DNA of 64,000 nucleotides from the NCBI GenBank assembly GCA_039096225.1, contig JBBPEB010000017.1, positions 1 through 64,000 of the forward strand, read 5' to 3'. This document shows, piece after piece, positions 1 to 12,192 of this stretch. Every line of letters starts with the position of its first letter. Within the stretch, counting starts at the first letter, position 1. The notes beneath the pieces are model-generated. The model saw nothing but the letters and a program-made list of their open reading frames with translations, was not told the origin of the DNA and did no database searches. The position numbers were made by a program, and so were the translations under genes. Source of the DNA: Blastocystis sp. Blastoise. Lineage: Eukaryota; Protista; Bigyra: Opalinata.

Positions 1-356
1 TTTTTTATTAATTTTATCTATATAATTATATTTAATTTATTTAGTTGTTTTAATATTGTTTGCTTTTATTTATATAATAAAAAACAAGTTTTTTTATATA
101 ATTAAATAATTATGTTCAACACAATCTCACATGACTTTACAGTATTTTTTATCTGACAATTGTAAACGGAATTTTATCCAATTTTTTATATTGATTATAA
201 TTATTCCATTATTTACAGAGAAAATAAAACAAAGTTTTTTATATATTTTCGATATAAACATTAAAAATATTAACTATTCATAAAAACATTGATAATTGAA
301 TGTATTAATATAATAAAATATATAGAGAAAAAAAAACGTTAATATACATATTTTGC

Positions 357-880
357 TTAAAATTCATAATCTACACTATTTTCTTGAATAAATGAAGAAT
401 CATTCAATTTTTGTTCATAGATTTTAATTTGTTTATCTGAAATAGTATCACCTATAAAAATAATATCTATATAAATAAATATATATATTACTAAAATTAA
501 TAATAATTCTTTTTAATTGAGGAATTTTTCCATTTATTATAAAATTGATAAGAGTTGATAATTTTTCATCATCATAAAAATCTATAAAAATATATATATA
601 TATAGAACATAGAATAGATGTATACATAATTTTAAGTTGTTTAAATTGCTAGTTTTATTTTCATTTATACAATCAAATAGCGTTTCTATTTCATATTCAT
701 TCATTAATTTGTCTATATATAAATATATAATATATTCATTAGATATAAATATATACTCTTTGTACCAATAATTGTATTTATATATGTATGATTTTCATAT
801 TTATATCGAAAAATAGAAGAATTAGGATCATAAATATAATAATCATTTACAATAAATGAATCTATAGATTTATAATAATA

Positions 881-926
<46 letters not shown>

Positions 927-2471
927 TATTTAATCGAATAGTAGTTGATAATGGAAAGTTATTTTTATAAATATAATTAATTAATCTTTGAATAAAATGA
1001 ATCCACCATTTTTTATCCTTACGTTTACCTATTAAAATACATAATAATTAATAAAAATAATTATTATAGATTAGAATTATATGTATATATATTTATGATT
1101 CATATATATAATATAGTATCATTAGTATATACATAATTCAATATATTCTAATTTAGGTAAATTGTCAGTAGTATATAGTTCCAAAAAATTATCATTTGGT
1201 ATATCATTAATAACTAGAATAATATTAATATAAATTATAAAATGAGATATATTATATTCTATAATTGAATAATTATATCTACATAATATATATAAACTTA
1301 GAGTTAATTGAGTTGTATTATGAAAACAACCCTTGAGAATGAATCGATTTATAACAGCCATAGGACAATCTAATAAGAATCATTATATTAATTAAATAAT
1401 TCTTTTAACATAATAATATATTTTATATAAATATAAATAATTACATTCTATTTTAACAAAAGAAGCCTTAGGTATTAATTTCTCCATAATTTTTTCATAT
1501 ATATTAAGATATTCAGATGATAAATCTTTTTGGATTAGATTTACTATATATTGATTTATATATATATATATAATATACAATTAATCGTTAATTTATGAAT
1601 AGTATTAATTTTATTGTTGTTAAAGATATTTGATATTGATTTTAAATATTTTATACTTATATTATAATCAACTATAAATATTATATAAAATATAATAATA
1701 ATAATATATATATATATACAAATAAGATTAAAACTATTCAAATGTTGAAATAGACTACTCGTTAAAAATCTTTCTAAAGAATTTATTATATCATTATTAT
1801 TTGATTCATTATTTTCGTGAGCATCTATAAATAAATAAAAAAAGTATTAGAAATATATATCAACTATATTTTTATGTATATAATATAAATGAATACCTTT
1901 TAATTTAATATCTAAAAAATCAATATTTTGTTTATAATTTTTAAAATAATCTAATTTTTTGATATTTACAAAATCAGAAGTATCAACTGTATAGTATATA
2001 ATATATATATAATGATAAATATTAATAATAAAACTATAAAAAAATAAGAATGAAAACTATTACCCGTAAGTTTATGAATTGAAATAAGACAGTTTTCTAA
2101 TAATTCTTTTATATGAGGACAATAATATATTAAATCATCTATATTTATATATTTTTTTTTATTAATTATATACCTTGTTTTATAGTTAAATATATATATA
2201 TATATACCAATTCCATCTATATAAATTGAATAAATATAAGCTACATTATCGAATTGAAGAGCTATTTCCTTCTTTTGGTCGGATTCAATTTCTTTTATTC
2301 GAATAGTATCAATCATAGATATTAAATTTACAGGAATTAGAGACTCAACAAACTTATGAGCTATTAAATAATATATTAGATATCTATAAATAAATTTACT
2401 TATTTTAATATCAATATTGATAATATGTAATTTTGGAAAACATTCTTTCTTTATTGAAGATAGTTCGAAAT

Positions 2472-2523
<52 letters not shown>

Positions 2524-4074
2524 CTCATTATAGATAAGTTCAGTAACATTTGGAAACAAATGAGTTGTCATTATTTTTATATATAGATTTTTGTTAATAT
2601 CAAAAGTTAATTCTTTAATCCATCTTACACTTAATATCTTTAAAGAATCGAAAATACTATCTTCCAATGCCTTCATAAAAGCCATAGCTTCATATGTTGA
2701 AAAGAAATCTATAATGAATTCTTGTATTAATCATGATATTTGAACTACACATATATGTAGAAAGTTGAATTAATTGAGATGTATTCAATTGTGAAGATAA
2801 TTCATTGATACTATTTAATCTATATTTATAAGATAATTATTATTATATACCACAAAGTCTTATCATTTGTTTTCTCTATATATATATTGATATAAATTAA
2901 ATACTATATACTATATAAATATACCATCATATTCAATACTGATTCGATCAAATAATGGATATTCATTAGTTGTTCCATTCATTTCTACATGTAAATAATG
3001 ATTCATATTTATACCTTCATTAATAAAATATTTATATAATTTAGGTAATTTATTATTTTCTTTATTTCTCTTATAGACGTAAACTAAATCATGTGAATAA
3101 TATAATTTATTAAGATCTAAAGAAGAAATCGTATTATATTCATTCATTTCTGATCTTGTAAAATATTCATATTCTTCAGAATCAGATAGAGTATAGAAAC
3201 TGCTATCAAATAAGCGAGCATATTCCATTATATATTCATCACTATTTGGTTTTAATAAGAATTCACTTTTCTTATAATGTATATTTACTATATATAATAA
3301 AATAATAGAATTATATAGATATATACTAGTTATCGTTAAACTTTCTAAGGACGGAAATATATCTTTAATATATTTTGGACATATATATTCTATTGGAATA
3401 TTGGAGGCATATGAATCTATATTATTATGATTATTAGCTATAATATAATAAATATATATATACATTCAATTTCAACTGTTGTAATATTCATCATTTTAAA
3501 AAGAATCGAATAATAGAATAATTCATCTTTTCTTTTTGGTGTAAATAATCCTATATATATTATATTTGCAAATTATAATATAAACTTACCTTGCATACAT
3601 ATTTTTTTCTTCTCTAAACTGAATAATTCTATGCTAATATTTAATTTTCTCAAAGAATGCCAAAAAATATCATATTTATTATATACAACATAATTATTTT
3701 CATTCAAATAATCAATAAATAATTCTTTAATATGAAATAATAAACATTTTTGAATGTCATTATCAGCCGTAACTGAAAATTCATAAAGTATTTTATATAT
3801 ATCATAACTTTCTTTAAAATCTAAAGAAGAAATATTTTTTGTCTTCTGCCAATAAAAAGCGAATCACTTTTTCCATTGTAGAAGAAGGCATATCTATATA
3901 ATAGCTATCATCTTCATATTTTTCAGAGTTTTTAATAATATCATAAAATGGTAATTGATTGTATTTCTCAATAAATTCTTTAGAAATCCATAATTTCGTC
4001 TCATCTTGAAATATAAACAAATCTAAAAATAAATTAAGCGTTTTCCATTCACATTTACATACATTGACCTTCAT
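357..4074 (-). pseudogene. Multi-exon protein with BTB/POZ-like N-terminus and LRR-like repeats (lineage-expanded family type); apparent +1 frameshift near 3835-3840; true start uncertain
   Basis: N-terminus LFIFQDETKLWISKEFIEKYNQLPFYDII...YYIDMPSSTMEKVIRFL, followed by FPSLESL/FPNVTEL/FPKLHII LRR-like motifs. Many GT..AG introns; last exon ends QENSVDYEF-TAA at 357. The frame breaks in an A6 run, so this may be a sequencing error rather than a pseudogene. Confidence 0.55.
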
Positions 4075-5647
4075 CTAATTGAAACTGAGTTGTTATCATC
4101 ACTTGAATTCAACTATAATGGTATCATGTTCAATAATTAGTATATTAAAATTGTATTTTTATGTTAACAATATATAAATACTTTAAAAATTGATATAAAA
4201 TAGTAAAAATATGATGAATAATAAAAGAAAAAAGAATTAATTATAAAAGAATTTTAGTTAAAATAATTATCTTGGGAATAATAAAAATTAACTAGGTTCC
4301 ATATGAATATCCATAAATCTAAAATTCAGCCATTTTCAGAAAAAAAACCTTCATTATTCAGAAAAATATATATATATTTTATTTTTCACTTTTTAAGCCA
4401 TATTATTAATTATTTTATTTGAAGAAATTGTTATATATGTTCATATCATAGTTCTGAACATTATAAAACTCAATAATGTGAAGAACAACTATAATTATCT
4501 TCATTAAAATGTAAATATAAGGTATATTCTTTTCTATATATCACAACGATAGATAAAAGTTTTTCTTCTGCCAAATAATTTCAAAAAATTTCAAATGATA
4601 CAATTCTTATACTTAAATTGGTACAGATGAACAATCTAAGTTCTTTAAATATTCATTTAGATGTTTTCAAAATTTGAACTATAGATTAATATATACAAAA
4701 AAAAAGCAGAATTATTAAATTAATCATATATTCTGAATCAAATAATAAATTGTTCCTTTCCTTAAAGATTTTTATTATATTTAAATTATCCACTGCTTTT
4801 TTATTAAAATTATATCCATTGATATAAATTTTCTATTGAATGAAATACACTAGAAATAATAATTTTTATGTATATATTTAATAAATATATACCGCCATAA
4901 TGCAATTATTGCAATACTGTTATTCTTCTACTAAAGTTTTTTTATTTTTATTCATTTCTATAAATCTGTTCATTCAACTCTTTCCATCAAGTGTATTGCA
5001 ATAAAAATATTCTTTATTAGTATATAAGCATATATTATTTAAATATTTTTATGATATAAATAATATCTACAATCATTGATGGATTATTTATTATTATTAT
5101 AAACATTTTAATCATATATAGAACAAATATTTAATATTTCTCTATTACAAAAAAAAAATGTATTTATTTCTTCATGTATATAATTATATGGATCTTAATC
5201 TTAATACTATATTTTAAAATATTTATAAAGAAAATTTATAATATAATTACGATATTAATTCTAATATGTTTTCTATTGTTCTAGTAATTAAATATGTAAA
5301 GTATCGTATTCATTAACTTCGTTATTGATTCTATATATAGAAAAAATATAAAATCTACTGATTTATACATTAACTTGTCAGCTTAATATTGTTATTATAA
5401 AACTAAATAATATAATAAAACTAAATAATATTTTAAAACTATATAATATTTCAAAACTATATAATATTAAAAATCCAATAATATAATAAAATCCAATAAT
5501 ATAATAAAACTATATAATATTATACAACAAACAATGATAAAAAAAGTTTATATCATTAAATCTATTCAAAAAAAAGTAAAAAAGTATAAAATCAAGAAAT
5601 ACCAAAAAACAAAAAACCATATTTTCATAATGATAAAAAACAAAAAT

Positions 5648-7982
5648 TTAACTAACAATTTTGAATACTTCCATTTCTTCTACTTTAAAAAAGTTTATAT
5701 CATCTTTATGCCCAGTATTTGTAAATAAGGAGCATTTATATTTGTCATTGACTTCATAAATATTATTTAATCTAGTAATTGCATTCATTTGACTTTGTTC
5801 AGCATCATCTGCTGAAAAATCATTACCAATAACAATTGAGTCCCCAAATTGTGGGCCTGATTCACTATAATATCTTAATGCTTGATCTGGATCTAGACAT
5901 CTTAATATTTGAGGACTTGTATGATGAGGATTGACTAATGAAAATATAAAAGCCTTATCATCATATATATCTTCTCCTTCTATAGAAATATTATTATAAA
6001 TATTGATAAAACTATAATTATTCAATAATACATATATATATACTTGAATAAACATAAGATGAAGAATATTGACTTTTCGCTTTGCCTTTATATTTAATTA
6101 AATAATAAGTTTTAATAATATATATATATATACCAAAAAGTTTTCTAAATAGTCCTTGTGGTTGCAACTTCTTACTCGCGTATCCACCAAATATATTGAT
6201 TCTTCCATTACTATCCATATGCTTAATAAATACAATTGTATTTTCAATATTATCACAATATTCATGAAATTTTTGACCTGTAGCCCCATCACGAGAAGAT
6301 CTATGTTATGTATAAATATATTTATTATATAATATATTTTTATAATAAAAAAAAATAGCATCTTATTTCGTAATTTAAAAAATAAATACTATAATAATGA
6401 TGATAAGATTATTATATATACTTATAAATAAGTTCTAATTGAGAAGATTGATTCATTGAAGATGAAGATGCTTTTAAGAAATCAATCATATCTTCAGTAA
6501 TAAATGTACTTGATTCAATTAGATCTCCATTAAGAGGAATACAGGGAATTTGAGTATTATATATTGATTCTGATCTTTCTTTTTCAAGTTGGTACATAAT
6601 GTTATAGGAGGATAATAGCTTATTTGACTCATCATGTGGACGTTTTAAATAATTCTCGTATAATTCTTTTAATTCTTTGAGAATATCTACAGCATCAGGA
6701 CGTTCATGAGAATTACTATCTAAACAATGGCATACCAATTTACTTATTCCTATATATATAGAATTATTTTAAAATAAGTATTTATCAAAATAATATAAAA
6801 TATTTGAAGTACAATATTCGTTATGATTGTAGTCATATATACCATCATTAATTTGTTTTTTAACCTATATTTTTATAGACACACAATAAGAAATGAAACA
6901 TTATATATAATATATACATCTTCATCATGAAAAACTTCTTTAATAAGACACACATTAGTAAATAATTCATATATAACTAAACCTAAAGAATAAATATCTG
7001 CCTTTATATTATATTGTTTACGAGATCGAACTTCAGGAGCTTCACTATATATATATTTTTAATAATATTAAAAAATTAACTGTTTACATATATAATCTTT
7101 AGAAAAAATGAAAATACAGTATTTAAAAAAATATTATTATCTATATACTAACTAGGAGTTCCACAACATGTCATAAAACGATCTGTTTTAGATGCATTTC
7201 TACATAAACCAAAGTCTCCAAGTTTAATTTTTCCATCTTTAAAAAAAATATTTGCTGGCTATATAATATATATATAAAATATAATTATAAACAGATTAAT
7301 GTATGAAAAATTATTATTTATAATTGACTAGTATTTATTAGAATAATATACCTTAATATCTCTGTGTACAAAATTAATTTCTTGCAGATACTTCACAGCT
7401 GTTGTTAATTGAATAGAATATTCATATGCATCCTTAGTATCAAGTTTTTTTCTATAAATATAAAATCATCATTATTCTATATAAATACTCATTTAACCGT
7501 TTTCTTAAGTCACCGCCATTTGCATATTCTAATACAATACCATAACCTTTTTCCTTATTAATTGTTATACCCAAACCCTATATAGACATAATATTTTTAT
7601 GAAATTAATATTTAATATATTATATTATTTTACTTTCACAATATATTCACAATGACATGTAAGAAGAGATTTCAGTTCTCTACATAAATTCTCAAACATA
7701 TTTTCTTCTTCTTCTTTCTTTATGAAATATTTTACACATAAATCCATATTATTATATTTTCTATAGATTATTTGTTAATTAAATACAAATAGAATTATCA
7801 TAGAAAAATATATATATACACATAATATGCTTCTCCAAAGCCACCTTTTCCTAAACAACGCTCATTAGAAAACTTATCTTGAGAATAATATGGAACTATA
7901 ATAATATGTTTTATTAGATAATATATATTCTAATTATTTTTTTAAGAAAATAATATATATAGTAAATAATAGTTGTTTATTT

Positions 7983-8058
<76 letters not shown>

Positions 8059-8599
8059 ATAAATCCAACTTTATCATTAATCATCTTTAATTTTCTTTTT
8101 ATTTCATCATCAATCAATTCCGGTTCTGATATACTTTCACTTCCATTTTCACTATATATATAGAATTATAAAATATATAATAATAAAACCAATATAACAT
8201 ATATTTCAATATATATAACATATAAGCATACATTTGATTATAAGAAACGTTAGTTAATTGATTTCTTAGATAGTCTGCAGTATCCATCAGACCAGATTGA
8301 TTTTCCTATTGTATTATAAAAAAAAATTAAATATATAAATACTTTATTAACAATATTCAAAATATTATTATTAAAATATTCAATTAATTTTGTAACAGCA
8401 TTTTGCTTCATCTTTCTGTATGTATCTAAACAAAATTAAATAACACAATTAGTAAATCGAACAGTATACCTTCTAAGTTTACATTGATTGAGTTCAATGA
8501 TACGGAACCGTTAGAGACACAGTATTTTTCTTTCATATGAATAGAAATATTTTGGTCTCCAGGAATCTTTATGGAAAATTCGGCTTCGATCGCTTCCAT
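5648..8599 (-). CDS. Ser/Thr protein kinase with C-terminal TLDc domain (multi-exon)
   Basis: Spliced kinase motifs LGKGGFG, CVK, HRDIK|PANIF, DFG, CGTPSY|EAPE, DIYSLG, RP. TLDc motifs LIYK|SSRDG..FHEYCD, IFGGY, AFIFSL, GPQFG, FKVEEMEVF. Confidence 0.85.
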
Positions 8600-9114
8600 A
8601 TTTCCTATCCTTACTAAATAAATAGTTTACGTATCATACATAGCTATAAACTTACTACTACTTGAATGAAAACTTTGTATATATGTTAAACCTCGTAAAA
8701 CAGCAATTTGATTATTAAATGTGGTTAACTAAGATAAAAGTTTTATTACAATCATAGTTATCAATAAATACGTTCATTTTAAATATTGAAAATTAAAAAT
8801 AAAACTGAAGAGAATTAAAAAAAAATTCGAGTAAAAAATTACTATGTATATATAAAGTGAATCCGTCATGATTCAAAAACACAATTGACTGCGGATTTCA
8901 TTGGATGTTCAATGATTATTCCAATCAAATAGAGAATATGAATCAAAGCCTCAATAAGACCATAATCATGGATAAACGCTTCAATACACCAATTATCGCT
9001 AATAAATCATGGTTATTCTTAGAGATGTGTCATTATAAGAAAAACAAAAATACTACAATTAAAAAACTAGGTATATTTGTATATCTATTTCATAAATCTT
9101 TTATTATTTTTCTA

Positions 9115-11320
9115 ATGTGTCAACTAACATTTTTATCAATTAATGATTCTAAAACGAAGGTAATTAACATACCATCGTTGGATTACAACTGTTCTCTGTT
9201 ATTTAATGAAATTTCTGTATGTTTCCATTTATTTAATTTGTAGAATTACTGCTTATTTATATCTATTATAGGCATACTTTGGAATACCAGAAGAAGAGCA
9301 ACTCTGGTTTTGTGATGGCACGTTCTTGAATACTAAGGATACGCTGATTTCAAATGGCATTCATGATAATAGTTGGATCCTTGTACTTTTTAAGAATGTC
9401 AAAAACAATATCGATGATTTAAAGAAAAAAGTTAAGGTATATAATTATGGTTATTTTATTATTATGTTGTTACTATTAGTATTATATTATTATTATGTTT
9501 ATTATTTATAATACTTATTATTATGTTTGTTATTATTACAATTTGACTTTTTCTAATATACTTTTATAAATATATTATTAACTATTTATTTAATATATTA
9601 AACATATATATAGCTGCTTTCTAGTTGTATTGAACAACTTGATTTAACTGATATAGTTCCTGAAGAAAATACTGTTTATGAATTAGTACGTGATGGACAA
9701 TTTAAAGGTTATAAAGTATTATTTGTTATATTATATTTATGTCGAAAAACAAAAGATAATAAAGTTATTGATGAAAAGATTACTGAAAGATCGTTACGTG
9801 AAGGATATTCATCTAAAGATCATATGCCTCTTATTATTAAATTAGCACAAAAAGGATTTGAATGTCATATTGTTTATGATTATGCTACTGCTGCTAGAGA
9901 ATTATTAAGTGGTAAATATAGAGTATCTATTATTACTTGTAGTCCTGGTGATAAGAAATTACCTACTGAACCTGATGATGCTGATAAAAATCCTGATCCT
10001 AATTGTTTAAGTGAATTTTTAAACGCTGTTCACATATTTAATCTTTCTGGAGGTGGTATTATGTGGATGCTTGAAAATTATCCTTTTAGTTTTGAAGCAG
10101 ATAAATATTATAAATATTTTGAAAATATTAATGAATTATCGGATCCAAATGGAAATGTTCTTGGACGTAAAATAATGATAAGAGATAATAGTAAAGAAAA
10201 ATATCATGTTACAAAACCAGGTACATTTATTAGTGTTGGTGGTGATATTATTAAGAATCAAGGTGATACTTCAATTCGTATAGATACATGTATTTCTGAG
10301 ATTTATGAAGGTGAAACATTAGCTGCTTTAAATGAAAAAGAATTAGTAGATCATGGTTATTTTGTATTTGCAAGATGTCATGAAGGTTATCCTGCTATTA
10401 TGATACGTGAAAGTAAAGGAAATGAAGGACATATAATATTAGATACTTCTGTTTATAAATTATTTAAAGCTTATGCTTCTGTAGATAGCAGTCGTTGGAT
10501 GGTTAATTCTGTGGCTTGGCTTGAAAATGTAGAACAATATTATTTCCAAGGAATTAGTGACATTGAAGATATACCAAAAACATTAGATATTATACCTGTT
10601 AATGAAAGAAAAACTATTGATATTCCTTATGATGAAAGAGAATTATCAGGAAATCAAGCATTTGTTTTATCTATTCTTATGGATTGTACTGGTTCTATGT
10701 CTGGTGAAATTACGGGTACAAAACAGTCTATTGTGAATGCTATACGACAAGTTGAAAAATATATGATGGATAATAATATGAATAATAAGATTTATATTCA
10801 ATTTGTTGGGTATAGAGAAATTCCTGAAATATCTTTCGGTTCTAGTGGTGTTCGTTTTATGTCTGGTTTAACTACAGATCCACATGATATTGAGAGTTAT
10901 TTAGGTAATGTAAGTGCTGGAGGTGGTTCTTGTTGTTGTGATTTAGAAGGTGGATTAAAAGACTCAATTAAAAACATAAAATCATTACCACCTGATGAAT
11001 ATAATTATGCGTTTATTATTATTGGTGATCAATCTGCCCATAGTCATCAGAATAAATGTGCTTATAAAAATGGTCATCCACATTTACATGAATCTTGGGA
11101 TACTGTTTGGAATCGACATGTTACTGATTTACGTAATATGAATGCTCATGTATTCTTTTTACCTTCAAGAAGTCAAGGTATAGAACCTACTTATAAGAAG
11201 TTAGTTGAATATTATGATCAAGAACATGTTCATTTAGAACAACAAACTTCAGTATCTTCATTTGTTGATGTATTTACTCAAGTTGTTAAAGAAAGTTTTA
11301 TGATTACTTTTGGCTTTTAA
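9115..11320 (+). CDS. Ubiquitin-like domain + class I GATase-like alpha/beta domain + vWA domain (3 exons; upstream in-frame ATG at 8905)
   Basis: Exons 1 and 2 give MCQLTFLSIND..|AYFGIPEEEQLWFCDGTFLNTKDTLISNGIHDNSWILV, a ubiquitin-like pattern. The long last exon (about 9613-11320) holds RDGQFKG..GGGIMWMLENYP and the vWA motifs ILMDCTGSM, FVGYRE, FIIIGD. Confidence 0.75.
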
Positions 11321-12192
11321 GTTTAATTATATTTTAATGTTATAGTTCTTATTGCTCTGTTTAATATAATTGCTTTATTTATTACTATTGTTGTTTTGTT
11401 TTACTTTTATTTACTGTTGTTGTTGTAGTCTATATATATATATTTTTATTCACTATTGTTGTTGTAGTCTTTTTTATTATATTTATGAATTCATTATCAA
11501 CATTATTTAATAAATATAATAATAATTAATATAAATGAGTCTTTGTTCATAATGTATATAAGCACTATTTTTTATAGTATTTATTGTGATAATATATATG
11601 TATAGCATGTAATAATAGACTATTTTTAAAAAACACTTAATAATACTCAAATAAAAATGGTATATACTTATAAAATATATATAGTTATTATAAAGGTATT
11701 CATTATGAAGTATAAGGTGAATTTTGTGATATACTTTTAAATACTTTTATTTATTTTATCTTATTAATATCATTCTATATTCTTAAATAATCACATAAAA
11801 TAGTATATTTATAAAACTAAATATATGATAAAAAATAGAAATAATATTGATATATAAAAGACTGACTAGATGCAATTGATAAAAACAATAAATTATATTA
11901 TTTCTATCAGTGTATAATTTCTTTTAAATAAATAAAACAAAACTAAGTGATGACTGGAATAGAAAAAATAATTGACAATAGACTTTGGCATATAAAAAAT
12001 AGTAATCATACTAATATATATATAATAATTGGTATAGTAATGATACATGAAACTGAAGAAAAGACAAATGTAAAACAATATGTTTCCATAAACAGAAATT
12101 AAGAATATAAATATAATACAAGGAAATAGGTAGAGATAAATCAAAATACTTTATTTAGTGTATACATAACATATATATAGTGTATATATATA

